Origin: Eledone cirrhosa
Lineage: Eukaryota
NCBI GenBank assembly: GCA_964016885.1
Contig: OZ024744.1
Span: forward strand, 24,056,001-24,120,000
DNA: 64,000 nucleotides
Reading direction: 5' to 3'
The notes under the pieces were generated by a model. The model had not been told where the DNA came from and made no database searches. It worked only from the letters and a program-made list of their open reading frames with translations. The position numbers were made by a program, and so were the translations under genes. This document shows positions 1 to 15,500 of this stretch, piece after piece. The number at the start of each line of letters is the position of its first letter. Position 1 is the stretch's first letter.

Positions 1-3000
1 ACTAGTTTTAACAACAGTTGAATCTCAAGAACTGACTCGTTTTAACAACAGTTGAATCTTAAGATAAAACTCGTTTTAACAACAGTTGAATCTTAAGAAA
101 TGACTCGTTTTAATAACAGTTGAATCTTAAGAACTGACTCGTTTTAACAACAGTTCAACCTAAAGAACTGACTCGTTGTAACAACAGTTGAAACTTCAAA
201 TGAAACTCGTTTTAACCACAGTTGAATCTTAAGAACTGAATCATTTTAACAACAGTTGAATCTTAAGAACTGACTCGTGTTAACAACAATTGAATCTTAA
301 GATAAAACTCGTTTTAACAAAAGTTGAATCTTAAGAACTGACTCGTTTTAACAACAGTTCAACCTTAAGAACTGACTAGTTTTAACAACAGTTTAATCTT
401 AGAATAAAACTCGTTTTAACAACAGTTGAATCATAAGAACTGATTCGTTTTAACAACAGTTGAATCTTAAGAACTGACTCGTTTTAACAACAGCTGAATC
501 TTAAGATAAAACTCGTTTTAACGACAGTTGAATCTTAAGAACTGACTCGTTTCATCAACAGTTCAACCTTAAGAACTGACTCATTTTAACAACAGTTGAA
601 TCTTCAAATAAAACTCGTTTTAACAACAGTTGAATCTTAAGAACTGATTCGTTTTAACATCAGCTGAATCTTAAGATAAACTCGTTTTAACAACAGTTGA
701 ATCTTAAGATAAACCTCGTTTTAACAACATTTGAATCTTAAGAACTGACTCGTTTTAACAACAGCTGAATCTTAAGATAAAACTCTTTTTAACAACAGTT
801 GAATCTTAAGAACTGACTCGTTTTATCAACAGTTCAACCTGAAGAACTGACTCGTTTTAACAACAGTTGAATCTTCAAATAAAACTCGTTTTAACAACAG
901 TTGAATCTTAAGAACTGACTCGTTTTAACAACAGTTGAATCTTAAGATAAAACTCGTTTTAACAACAGTTGAATCTTAAGAACTGACTCGTTTTAACAAC
1001 AGGTGAATCTTAAGAACTGACTGGTTTTAACAACAGTTGAATCTTAAATAAAACTCGTTTTAACAAAGGTTGAATATTAGGAACTGACTCGTTTTAAACA
1101 ACAGTTGAATCTTAAGATAAAATTCGTTTTAATAACAGTTGAATCATAAGAACTGATTCGTTTTAACAACAGTTGAATCTTAAGATAAAACTCATTTTAA
1201 CAACAGATGAATCTTAAGATAAAACTCGTTTTAACAACAGTTGAATCTTAAGAACTGACTCGTTTTAATAACAGTTGAATCTTCAAATAAAACTCGTTTT
1301 AACAACAGTTGAATCTTAAGAACTGATTCGTTTTAACAACAGCTGAATCTTAAGATAAACTCGTTTTAACAACAGTTGAATCTTAAGATAAACCTCGTTT
1401 TAACAACATTTGAATCTTAAGAACTGACTCGTTTTAACAACAGCTGCATCTTAAGATAAAACTCGTTTTAACAACAGTTGAATCTTAAGAACTGACTCGT
1501 TTTATCAACAGTTCAACCTGAAGAATTACTCGTTTTAACAACAGTTGAATCTTCAAATAAAACTCGTTTTAACAACAGTTGAATCTTAAGAACTGACTCG
1601 TTTTAACAACAGTTGAATCTTAAGATAAAACTCATTTTAACAACAGCTGAATCTTAAGATAAAACTCGTTTTAACAACAGTTGAATCTTAAGAACTGACT
1701 CGTTTTAACAACAGGTGAATCTTAAGAACTGACTGGTTTTAACAACAGTTGAATCTTAAATAAAACTCGTTTTAACAAAGGTTGAATATTAAGAACTGAC
1801 TCGTTTTAAACAACAGTTGAATCTTAAGATAAAATTCGTTTTAACAAAAGTTGAATCTTACGAACTGACTCGTTTTAACAATAGTTGTCTCTTAAGATAA
1901 AACTCGTTTTAACAACAGTTGAATCTTAAGAACTGACTCGTTTTAACGACAGATGAATCTTATGATAAAACTCGTTTTAACAACAATTGAATCTTAAGAA
2001 CTGATTCGTTTTAACAACAGTTGAATCTTAAGATAAAACTAGTTTTAACAACAGTTGAATCTTAAGAACTGACTCGTTTTAACAACAGTTGAAACTTCAA
2101 ATAAAACTCGTTTTAACAACAGTTGAATCTTAAGAACTGACTCATTTTAACAACAGTTCAATCTTAAGAACTGATTCGTTTTAACAACAGTTGAATCTTA
2201 AGATAAAACTAGTTTTAATAACTGTTGAATCTTAAGATAAAACTCGTTTTAACAAGAGTTGAATCTTAAGAACTGACTCGTTTTAACAACAGTTGAATCT
2301 TAAATAAAACTCGTTTTAACAACAGTTGAATCTTAAGAACTGACTCGTTTTAACAACAGTTGAATCTTAAGAACTGACTGGTTTTAACAACAGATGAATC
2401 TTAAGAACTGACTCGTTTTAACAACAGTTCAACCTTAAGAACTGACTAGTTTTAACAACAGTTGAATCTCAAGAACTGACTCGTTTTAACAACAGTTGAA
2501 TCTTAAGATAAAACTCGTTTTAACAACAGTTGAATCTTAAGAAATGACTCGTTTTAATAACAGTTGAATCTTAAGAACTGACTCGTTTTAACAACAGTTC
2601 AACCTAAAGAACTGACTCGTTGTAACAACAGTTGAAACTTCAAATGAAACTCGTTTTAACCACAGTTGAATCTTAAGAACTGAATCATTTTAACAACAGT
2701 TGAATCTTAAGAACTGACTCGTGTTAACAACAATTGAATCTTAAGATAAAACTCGTTTTAACAAAAGTTGAATCTTAAGAACTGACTCGTTTTAACAACA
2801 GTTCAACCTTAAGAACTGACTAGTTTTAACAACAGTTTAATCTTAGAATAAAACTCGTTTTAACAACAGTTGAATCATAAGAACTGATTCGTTTTAACAA
2901 CAGTTGAATCTTAAGAACTGACTCGTTTTAACAACAGCTGAATCTTAAGATAAAACTCGTTTTAACGACAGTTGAATCTTAAGAACTGACTCGTTTCATC

Positions 3001-3575
3001 AACAGTTCAACCTTAAGAACTGACTCATTTTAACAACAGTTGAATCTTCAAATAAAACTCGTTTTAACAACAGTTGAATCTTAAGAACTGATTCGTTTTA
3101 ACATCAGCTGAATCTTAAGATAAACTCGTTTTAACAACAGTTGAATCTTAAGATAAACCTCGTTTTAACAACATTTGAATCTTAAGAACTGACTCGTTTT
3201 AACAACAGCTGAATCTTAAGATAAAACTCTTTTTAACAACAGTTGAATCTTAAGAACTGACTCGTTTTATCAACAGTTCAACCTGAAGAACTGACTCGTT
3301 TTAACAACAGTTGAATCTTCAAATAAAACTCGTTTTAACAACAGTTGAATCTTAAGAACTGACTCGTTTTAACAACAGTTGAATCTTAAGATAAAACTCG
3401 TTTTAACAACAGTTGAATCTTAAGAACTGACTCGTTTTAACAACAGGTGAATCTTAAGAACTGACTGGTTTTAACAACAGTTGAATCTTAAATAAAACTC
3501 GTTTTAACAAAGGTTGAATATTAGGAACTGACTCGTTTTAAACAACAGTTGAATCTTAAGATAAAATTCGTTTTA
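1..3575. repeat. Higher-order duplication, offset 2444 bp (1-~1130 copied at 2445-~3575)
   Basis: Rare markers recur exactly 2444 apart: ACTAGT..ATCTCAAG at 1/2445, the CATC of TTTCATC at 553/2997, TTAGGAACT at 1077/3521. The copies diverge after ~1130/3575. Confidence 0.9.
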
Positions 3576-6500
3576 ACAACAGTTGAATCTTAAGAACTGA
3601 CTCGTTTTAACAACAGTTGAATCTTAAGAACTGACTGGTTTTAACAACAGATGAATCTTAAGAACTGACTCGTTTTAACAACAGTTCAACCTTAAGAACT
3701 GACTAGTTTTAACAACAGTTGAATCTCAAGAACTGACTCGTTTTAACAACAGTTGAATCTTGAGATAAAACTCGTTTTAACAACAGTTGAATCTTAAGAA
3801 ATGACTCGTTTTAATAACAGTTGAATCTTAGGAACTGACTCGTTTTAACAACAGTTCAACCTGAAGAACTGACTCGTTGTAACAACAGTTGAAACTTCAA
3901 ATAAAACTCGTTTTACCCACAGTTGAATCTTACGAACTGAATCATTTTAACAACAGTTGAATCTTAAGAACTGACTCGTGTTTACAACAATTGAATCTTA
4001 AGATAAAACTCGTTTTAACAAAAGTTGAATCTTAAGAACTGACTCGTTTTAACAACAGTTCAACCTTAAGAACTGACTAGTTTTAACAACAGTTTAATCT
4101 TAGAATAAAAATCGTTTTAACAACAGTTGAATCTTAAGAACTGACTCGTTTTAACAAAAGTTGAATCTTACGAACTGACTCGTTTTAACAATAGTTGTCT
4201 CTAAAGATAAAACTCGTTTTAACAACAGTTGAATTTTAAAACTGACTCGTTTTAACAACAGTTCTAACTTAAGAACTGATTCGTTTTAACAACAGTTGAA
4301 TCTTAAAATAAAATTCGTTTAACAACAGTTGAATCTTAAGAACTGGCTCGTTTTAACATCACATGTATATTATGATAAAACTCGTTTTAACAACAGCTGT
4401 ATCTTAAGAAATGACTCGATATAACAACAGTTGAATCTTAAGAACTACCTAGTTTTAACAACAGTTGAATGTTAAGAACTGACTCGTTTTAACAACAGTT
4501 CAATCTTAAGATAAAACTGATTATAACAACAGTTGCATCTTAAGAACTGACTTGTTTTAACAACAGTTGAATCTGAAGAACTGAGTCGTTTTAACAACAG
4601 TTGAATCTGAAGATAAAACTCGTTTAACAACAGTTGAATCTTAAGAACTGACTCGTTTTAACGACAGATGAATCTTATGATAAAACTCGTTTTAACAACA
4701 GTTGAATCTTCAAATTAAACTCGTTTTAACAACAGTTGAATCATAAGAACTGATTCGTTTTAACAACAGTTGACTCTTAAGATAAAACTCATTTTAACAA
4801 CAGTTGAATCTTAAGATAAAACTCGTTTTAACAACAGTTGAATTTTAAAACTGACTCGTTTTAACAACAGTTCAAACTTAAGAACTGATTCGTTTTAATA
4901 ACAGTTGAATCTTCAAATAAAACTCGTTTTAACAACAGTTGAATCTTAAGAACTGATTCGTTTTAACAACAGCTGAATCTTAAGATAAACTCGTTTTAAC
5001 AACAGTTGAATCTTAAGATAAACCTCGTTTTAACAACATTTGAATCTTAAGAACTGACTCGTTTTAACAACAGCTGCATCTTAAGATAAAACTCGTTTTA
5101 ACAACAGTTAAATCTTAAGAACTGACTCGTTTTATCAACAGTTCAACCTGAAGAACTGACTCGTTTTAACAACAGTTGAATCTTTAAATAAAACTCGTTT
5201 TAACAACAGTTGAATCTTAAGAACTGAATCATTTTAACAACAGTTGAATCTTAAGAACTGACTCGTGTTAACAACAATTGAATCTTCAGATAAAACTCGT
5301 TTTAACAAAAGTTGAATCTTAAGAACTGACTCGTTTTAACAACAGTTCAACCTTAAGAACTGACTAGTTTTAACAACAGTTTAATCTCAGAATAAAATTC
5401 GTTTTAACAACAGTTGAATCTTAAGAACTGACTCGTTTTAACAAAAGTTGAATCTTACGAACTGACTCGTTTTAACAATAGATGTCTCTTAAGATAAAAC
5501 TCGTTTTAACAACAGTTGAATTTTAAAACTGACTCGTTTTAACAACAGTTCAAACTTAAGAACTGATTCGTTTTAACAACAGTTGAATCTTAAAATAAAA
5601 TTCGTTTAACAACAGTTGAATCTTAAGAACTGGCTCGTTTTAACATCACATGTATATTATGATAAAACTCGTTTTAACAACAGCTGTATCTTAAGAGCTG
5701 ACTCGATATAACAACAGTTGAATCTTAAGAACTACCTAGTTTTAACAACAGTTGAATGTTAAGAACTGACTCGTTTTAACAACAGTTCAATCTTAAGATA
5801 AAACTGATTATAACAACAGTTGCATCTTAAGAACTGAGATTGTTTTAACAACAGTTGAATCTGAAGAACTGACTCGTTTTAACAACAGTTGAATCTGAAG
5901 ATAAAACTCGTTTAACAACAGTTGAATCTTAAGAACTGACTCGTTTTAACGACAGATGAATCTTATGATAAAACTCGTTTTAACAACAGTTGAATCTTCA
6001 AATTAAACTCTTTTTAATAACAGTTGAATCATAAGAACTGATTCGTTTTAACAACAGTTGAATCTTAAGATAAAACTCATTTTAACAACAGTTGAATCTT
6101 AAGATAAAACTCGTTTTAACAACAGTTGAATCTTAAGAACTGACTCGTTTTAATAACAGTTGAATCTTCAAATAAAACTCGTTTTAACAACAGTTGAATC
6201 TTAAGAACTGATTCGTTTTAACAACAGCTGAATCTTAAGATAAACTCGTTTTAACAACAGTTGAATCTTAAGATAAACCTCGTTTTAACAACATTTGAAT
6301 CTTAAGAACTGACTCGTTTTAACAACAGCTGCATCTTAAGATAAAACTCGTTTTAACAACAGTTGAATCTTAAGAACTGACTCGTTTTATCAACAGTTCA
6401 ACCTGAAGAATTACTCGTTTTAACAACAGTTGAATCTTCAAATAAAACTCGTTTTAACAACAGTTGAATCTTAAGAACTGACTCGTTTTAACAACAGTTG

Positions 6501-8367
6501 AATCTTAAGATAAAACTCGTTTTAACAACAGCTGAATCTTAAGATAAAACTCGTTTTAACAACAGTTGAATCTTAAGAACTGACTCGTTTTAACAACAGG
6601 TGAATCTTAAGAACTGACTGGTTTTAACAACAGTTGAATCTTAAATAAAACTCGTTTTAACAAAGGTTGAATATTAAGAACTGACTCGTTTTAAACAACA
6701 GTTGAATCTTAAGATAAAATTCGTTTTAACAAAAGTTGAATCTTACGAACTGACTCGTTTTAACAATAGTTGTCTCTTAAGATAAAACTCGTTTTAACAA
6801 CAGTTGAATCTTAAGAACTGACTCGTTTTAACGACAGATGAATCTTATGATAAAACTCGTTTTAACAACAATTGAATCTTAAGAACTGATTCGTTTTAAC
6901 AACAGTTGAATCTTAAGATAAAACTAGTTTTAACAACAGTTGAATCTTAAGAACTGACTCGGTTTAACAACAGTTGAAACTTCAAATAAAACTCGTTTTA
7001 ACAACAGTTGAATCTTAAGAACTGACTCATTTTAACAACAGTTCAATCTTAAGAACTGATTCGTTTTAACAACAGTTGAATCTTAAGATAAAACTAGTTT
7101 TAATAACTGTTGAATCTTAAGATAAAACTCGTTTTAACAAGAGTTGAATCTTAAGAACTGACTCGTTTTAACAACAGTTGAATCTTAAATAAAACTCGTT
7201 TTAACAACAGTTGAATCTTAAGAACTGACTCGTTTTAACAACAGTTGAATCTTAAGAACTGACTGGTTTTAACAACAGATGAATCTTAAGAACTGACTCG
7301 TTTTAACAACAGTTCAACCTTAAGAACTGACTAGTTTTAACAACAGTTGAATCTCAAGAACTGACTCGTTTTAACAACAGTTGAATCTTAAGATAAAACT
7401 CGTTTTAACAACAGTTGAATCTTAAGAAATGACTCGTTTTAATAACAGTTGAATCTTAAGAACTGACTCGTTTTAACAACAGTTCAACCTAAAGAACTGA
7501 CTCGTTGTAACAACAGTTGAAACTTCAAATGAAACTCGTTTTAACCACAGTTGAATCTTAAGAACTGAATCATTTTAACAACAGTTGAATCTTAAGAACT
7601 GACTCGTGTTAACAACAATTGAATCTTAAGATAAAACTCGTTTTAACAAAAGTTGAATCTTAAGAACTGACTCGTTTTAACAACAGTTCAACCTTAAGAA
7701 CTGACTAGTTTTAACAACAGTTTAATCTTAGAATAAAACTCGTTTTAACAACAGTTGAATCATAAGAACTGATTCGTTTTAACAACAGTTGAATCTTAAG
7801 AACTGACTCGTTTTAACAACAGCTGAATCTTAAGATAAAACTCGTTTTAACGACAGTTGAATCTTAAGAACTGACTCGTTTCATCAACAGTTCAACCTTA
7901 AGAACTGACTCATTTTAACAACAGTTGAATCTTCAAATAAAACTCGTTTTAACAACAGTTGAATCTTAAGAACTGATTCGTTTTAACATCAGCTGAATCT
8001 TAAGATAAACTCGTTTTAACAACAGTTGAATCTTAAGATAAACCTCGTTTTAACAACATTTGAATCTTAAGAACTGACTCGTTTTAACAACAGCTGAATC
8101 TTAAGATAAAACTCTTTTTAACAACAGTTGAATCTTAAGAACTGACTCGTTTTATCAACAGTTCAACCTGAAGAACTGACTCGTTTTAACAACAGTTGAA
8201 TCTTCAAATAAAACTCGTTTTAACAACAGTTGAATCTTAAGAACTGACTCGTTTTAACAACAGTTGAATCTTAAGATAAAACTCGTTTTAACAACAGTTG
8301 AATCTTAAGAACTGACTCGTTTTAACAACAGGTGAATCTTAAGAACTGACTGGTTTTAACAACAGTT
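1131..8367. repeat. Higher-order duplication, offset 4885 bp (~1131-3482 copied at ~6016-8367)
   Basis: AATAACAGTTGAATCATAAG at 1131/6016, ACTAGT at 2445/7330 and CATC at 2997/7882 are all 4885 apart. Confidence 0.88.
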
Positions 8368-9549
8368 TAATCTTAGAATAAAACTCGTTTTAACAACAGT
8401 TGAATCATAAGAACTGATTCGTTTTAACAACAGTTGAATCTTAAGAACTGACTCGTTTTAACAACAGCTGAATCTTAAGATAAAACTCGTTTTAACGACA
8501 GTTGAATCTTAAGAACTGACTCGTTTCATCAACAGTTCAACCTTAAGAACTGACTCATTTTAACAACAGTTGAATCTTCAAATAAAACTCGTTTTAACAA
8601 CAGTTGAATCTTAAGAACTGATTCGTTTTAACATCAGCTGAATCTTAAGATAAACTCGTTTTAACAACAGTTGAATCTTAAGATAAACCTCGTTTTAACA
8701 ACATTTGAATCTTAAGAACTGACTCGTTTTAACAACAGCTGCATCTTAAGATAAAACTCGTTTTAACAACAGTTAAATCTTAAGAACTGACTCGTTTTAT
8801 CAACAGTTCAACCTGAAGAACTGACTCGTTTTAACAACAGTTGAATCTTTAAATAAAACTCGTTTTAACAACAGTTGAATCTTAAGAACTGACTCGTTTT
8901 AACAACAGTTGAATCTTAAGATAAAACTCGTTTTAACAACAGCTGAATCTTAAGATAAAACTCGTTTTAACAACAGTTGAATCTTAAGAACTGACTCGTT
9001 TTAACAACAGGTGGATCTTAAGAACTGACTGGTTTTAACAACAGTTGAATCTTAAATAAAACTCGTTTTAACAAAGGTTGAATATTAAGAACTGACTCGT
9101 TTTAAACAACAGTTGAATCTTAAGATAAAATTCGTTTTAACAAAAGTTGAATCTTACGAACTGACTCGTTTTAACAATAGTTGTCTCTTAAGATAAAACT
9201 CGTTTTAACAACAGTTGAATTTTAAAACTGACTCGTTTTAACAACAGTTCAAACTTAAGAACTGATTCGTTTTAACAACAGTTGAATCTTAAAGTAAAAT
9301 TCGTTTAACAACAGTTGAATCTTAAGGACTGGCTCGTTTTAACATCACATGTATATTATGATAAAACTCGTTTTAACAACAGCTGTATCTTAAGAACTGA
9401 CTCGATATAACAACAGTTGAATCTTAAGAACTACCTCGTTTTAACAACAGTTGAATGTTAAGAACTGACTCGTTTTAACAACAGTTCAATCTTAAGATAA
9501 AACTGATTATAACAACAGTTGCCTCTTAAGAACTGACTTGTTTTAACAA

Positions 9550-12500
9550 CAGTTGGATCTTAAGAACTGACTCGTTTTAACGACAGATGAATCTTATGAT
9601 AAAACTCGTTTTAACAACAATTGAATCTTAAGAACTGATTCGTTTTAACAACAGTTGAATGTTAAGATAAAACTAGTTTTAACAACAGTTGAATCTTAAG
9701 AACTGACTCGTTTTAACAACAGTTGAAACTTCAAATAAAACTCGTTTTAACAACAGTTGAATCTTAAGAACTGACTCATTTTAACAACAGTTCAATCTTA
9801 AGAACTGATTCGTTTTAACAACAGTTGAATCTTAAGATAAAACTAGTTTTAATAACTGTTGAATCTTAAGATAAAACTCGTTTTAACAAGAGTTGAATCT
9901 TAAGAACTGACTCGTTTTAGCAACAGTTGAATCTTAAATAAAACTCGTTTTAACAACAGTTGAATCTTAAGAACTGACTCGTTTTAACAACAGTTGAATC
10001 TTAAGAACTGACTGGTTTTAACAACAGATGAATCTCAAGAACTGACTCGTTTTAACAACAGTTCAACCTTAAGAACTGACTAGTTTTAACAACAGTTGAA
10101 TCTCAAGAACTGACTCGTTTTAACAACAGTTGAATCTTAAGATAAAACTCGTTTTAACAACAGTTGAATCTTAAGAAATGACTCGTTTTAATAACAGTTG
10201 AATCTTAAGAACTGACTCGTTTTAACAACAGTTCAACCTTAAGAACTGACTCGTTGTAACAACAGTTGAAACTTCGAATAAAACTCGTTTTAACCACAGT
10301 TGAATCTTAAGAACTGAATCATTTTAACAACAGTTGAATCTTAAGAACTGACTCGTGTTAACAACAATTGAATCTTAAGATAAAACTCGTTTTAACAAAA
10401 GTTGAATCTTAAGAACTGACTCGTTTTAACAACAGTTCAGCCTTAAGAACTGACTAGTTTTAACAACAGTTTAATCTTAGAATAAAACTCGTTTTAACAA
10501 CAGTTGAATCATAAGAACTGATTCGTTTTAACAACAGTTGAATCTTAAGATAAAACTCGTTTTAACAACAATTGAATCTTAAGAACTGACTCGTTTTAAC
10601 AACGGCTGAATCTTAAGATAAAACTCGTTTTAACGACAGTTGAATCTTAAGAACTGACTCGTTTTATCAACAGTTCAACCTTAAGAACTGACTCATTTTA
10701 ACAACAGTTGAATCTTCAAATAAAACTCGTTTTAACAACAGTTGAATCTTAAGAACTGAATCGTTTTAACATCAGCTGAATCTTAAGATAAACTCGTTTT
10801 AACAACAGTTGAATCTTAAGATAAATCTCGTTTTAACAACATTTGAATCTTAAGAACTGACTCGTTTTAACAACAGCTGAATCTTAAGATAAAACTCGTT
10901 TTAACAACAGTTAAATCTTAAGAACTGACTCGTTTTAACAACAGTTGAATCTTAAGAACTGACTCGTTTTAACAACAGGTGAATCTTAAGAACTGACTGG
11001 TTTTAACAACAGTTGAATCTTAAATAAAACTCGTTTTAACAAAGGTTGAATATTAAGAACTGACTCGTTTTAAACAACAGTTGAATCTTAAGATAAAATT
11101 CGTTTTAACAACAGTTGAATCTTAAGAACTGATTCGTTTTAACAACAGTTCAACCTAAGAACAGACTCGTTTTAACAACAGTTGAATCTTAAATAAAACT
11201 CGTTTTAACAACAGTTGAATCTTAAGAACTGACTCGTTTTAACAACAGTTGAATCTTAAGAACTGACTGGTTTTAACAACAGATGAATCTTAAGAACTGA
11301 CTCGTTTTAACAACAGTTCAACCTTAAGAACTGACTAGTTTTAACAACAGTTGAATCTCAAGAACTGACTCGTTTTAACAACAGATGAATCTTGAGATAA
11401 AACTCGTTTTAACAACAGTTGAATCTTAAGAAATGACTCGTTTTAATAACAGTTGAATCTTAAGAACTGACTCGTTTTAACAACAGTTCAACCTGAAGAA
11501 CTGACTCGTTGTAACAACAGTTGAAACTTCAAATAAAACTCGTTTTAACCACAGTTGAATCTTAAGAACTGAATCATTTTAACAACAGTTGAATCTTAAG
11601 AACTGACTCGTGTTAACAACAATTGAATCTTCAGATAAAACTCGTTTTAACAAAAGTTGAATCTTAAGAACTGACTCGTTTTAACAACAGTTCAACCTTA
11701 AGAACTGACTAGTTTTAACAACAGTTTAATCTCAGAATAAAATTCGTTTTAACAACAGTTGAATCTTAAGAACTGACTCGTTTTAACAAAAGTTGAATCT
11801 TACGAACTGACTCGTTTTAACAATAGATGTCTCTTAAGATAAAACTCGTTTTAACAACAGTTGAATTTTAAAACTGACTCGTTTTAACAACAGTTCAAAC
11901 TTAAGAACTGATTCGTTTTAACAACAGTTGAATCTTAAAATAAAATTCGTTTAACAACAGTTGAATCTTAAGAACTGGCTCGTTTTAACATCACATGTAT
12001 ATTATGATAAAACTCGTTTTAACAACAGCTGTATCTTAAGAGCTGACTCGATATAACAACAGTTGAATCTTAAGAACTACCTAGTTTTAACAACAGTTGA
12101 ATGTTAAGAACTGACTCGTTTTAACAACAGTTCAATCTTAAGATAAAACTGATTATAACAACAGTTGCATCTTAAGAACTGAGATTGTTTTAACAACAGT
12201 TGAATCTGAAGAACTGACTCGTTTTAACAACAGTTGAATCTGAAGATAAAACTCGTTTAACAACAGTTGAATCTTAAGAACTGACTCGTTTTAACGACAG
12301 ATGAATCTTATGATAAATCTCGTTTTAACAACAATTGAATCTTAAGAACTGATTCGTTTTAACAACAGTTGAATCTTAAGATAAAACTAGTTTTAACAAC
12401 AGTTGAATCTTAAGATAAAACTAGTTTTAACAACAGTTGAATCTTAAGAACTGACTCGTTTTAACAACAGTTGAAACTTCAAATAAAACTCGTTTTAACA

Positions 12501-15500
12501 ACAGTTGAATCTTAAGAACTGACTCATTTTAACAACAATTCAATCTTAAGAACTGATTCGTTTTAACAACAGTTGAATCTTAAGATAAAACTAGTTTTAA
12601 TAACTGTTGAATCTTAAGATAAAACTCGTTTTAACAAGAGTTGAATCTTAAGAACTGACTCGTTTTAACAACAGTTGAATCTTAATTAAAACTCGTTTTA
12701 ACAACAGTTGAATCTTAAGAACTGCCTCGTTTTATCAACAGTACAACCTTAAGAACTGACTCGTTTTAACAACAGTTGAATCTTCAAATAAAACTCGTTT
12801 TAACAACAGTTGAATCTTAAGAACTGACTCGTTTTAACAACAGTTGAATCTTAAGATAAAACTCGTTTTAACAACAGTTGAATCTTAAGAACTGACTCGT
12901 TTTAACAACAGATGAATCTTAAGATCAAACTCGTTTTAACAACAGTTGAATCTTAAGAACTGACTCGTTTTAATAACAGTTGAATCTTAAGAACTGACTC
13001 ATTTTAGCAACAGTTGAATCTTAAGAACTGACTCGTTTTAACAACAGCTGAATCTTAAGATAAACTCGTTTTAACAACAGTTGAATCTTAAGATAAAACT
13101 CGTTTTAACAACAGTTGAATCATAAGAACTGACTCGTTTTAACAACAGCTGAATCTTAAGATAAAACACGTGTTAACAACAGTTGAATCTTAAGAACTGA
13201 CTCGTTTTATCAACAGTTCAACCTTACGAACTGACTCATTTTAACAACAGTTGAATCTTCAAATAAAACTCGTTTTAACAACAGTTGAATCTTAAGAACT
13301 GACTCATTTAACAACAGTTCAATCTTAAGAACGGATTCGTTTTAACAACAGTTGAATCTTAAGATAAAACTAGTTTTAATAACTGTTGAATCTTAAGATA
13401 AAACTCGTTTTAACAAGAGTTGAATCTTAAGAACTGACTCGCTTTAACAACAGTTGAATCTTAAATAAAACTCGTCTTATCAACAGTTTTATCTTAAGAA
13501 CTGACTCGTTTTAACAACAGTTGAATCTTAAGAACTGATTGGTTTTAACAACAGATGAATCGTAAGAACAGACTCGTTTTAACAACAGTTCAACCTTAAG
13601 AACTGACTAGTTTTAATAACAGTTGAATCTCAAGAACTGACTGGTTTTAACAACAGTTGAATCTTAAGATAAAACTCGTTTTAACAGCAGTTGAATCTTA
13701 AGAAATGACTCGTTTTAATAACAGTTGAATCTTAAGAACTGACTCGTTTTAACAACAGTTCAACCTTAAGAACTGACTCGTTGTAACAACAGTTGAAACT
13801 TAAAATAAAATTCGTTTAACAACAGTTGAATCTTAAGAACTGGCTCGTTTTAACATCACATGTATATTATGATAAAACTCGTTTTAACAACAGTTGAATC
13901 TTAAAACTGACTCGTTTTAACAACAGTTCAAACTTAAGAACTGATTCGTTTTAACAACAGTTGAATCTTAAAATAAAATTCGTTTAACGACAGGTAAATC
14001 TTAAGAACTGGTTCGTTTTAACATCACATGTATATTATGATAAAACTCGTTTTAACAACAGGTGTATCTTAAGAACTGACTCGATATAACAACAGTTGAA
14101 TCTTAAGAACTACCTCGTTTTAACAACAGTTGAACGTTAAGAACTGACTCGTTTTAACAACAGTTCAATCTTAAGATAAAACTGATTATAACAACAGTTG
14201 CATCTTAAGAACTGACTCGTTTTAACAACAGTTGAATCTTAAGAACTGACTCGTTTTAACGACAGATGAATCTTAAGATAAAACTCGTTTTAACAACAAT
14301 TGAATCTTAAGAACTGATTCGTTTTAACAACAGTTGAATCTTAAGATAAAACTAGTTTTAACAACAGTTGAATCTTAAGAACTGACTCGTTTTAACAACA
14401 GTTCAATCTTAAGAACTGACTCATTTTAACAACAGTTCAATCTTAAGAACTGACTCATTTTAACAACAGTTCAATCTTAAGAACTGATAGGTTTTAACAA
14501 CAGTTGAATCTTAAGATAAAACTAGTTTTAATAACTGTTGAATCTTAAGATAAAACTCGTTTTAACAAGAGTTGAATCTTAAGAACTGACTCGTTTTAAC
14601 AACAGTTGAATCTTAAATAAAACTCGTTTTAACAACAGTTGAATCTTAAGAACTGACTCGTTTTAACAACAGTTGAATCTTAAGAACTGACTGGTTTTAA
14701 CAACAGATGAATCTCAAGAACTGACTCGTTTTAACAACAGTTCAACCTTAAGAACTGACTAGTTTTAACAACAGTTGAATCTCAAGAACTGACTCGTTTT
14801 AACAACAGTTGAATCTTAAGATAAAACTCGTTTTAACAACAGTTGAATCTTAAGAAATGACTCGTTTTAATAACAGTTGAATCTTAAGAACTGACTCGTT
14901 TTAACAACAGTTCAACCTTAAGAACTGACTCGTTGTAACAACAGTTGAAACTTCAAATAAAACTCGTTTTAACCACAGTTGAATCTTAAGAACTGAATCA
15001 TTTTAACAACAGTTGAATCTTAAGAACTGACTCGTGTTAACAACAATTGAATCTTAAGATAAAACTCGTTTTAACAAAAGTTGAATCTTAAGAACTGACT
15101 CGTTTTAACAACAGTTCAGCCTTAAGAACTGACTAGTTTTAACAACAGTTTAATCTTAGAATAAAACTCGTTTTAACAACAGTTGAATCATAAGAACTGA
15201 TTCGTTTTAACAACAGTTGAATCTTAAGATAAAACTCGTTTTAACAACAATTGAATCTTAAGAACTGACTCGTTTTAACAACGGCTGAATCTTAAGATAA
15301 AACTCGTTTTAACGACAGTTGAATCTTAAGAACTGACTCGTTTTATCAACAGTTCAACCTTAAGAACTGACTCATTTTAACAACAGTTGAATCTTCAAAT
15401 AAAACTCGTTTTAACAACAGTTGAATCTTAAGAACTGAATCGTTTTAACATCAGCTGAATCTTAAGATAAACTCGTTTTAACAACAGTTGAATCTTAAAA

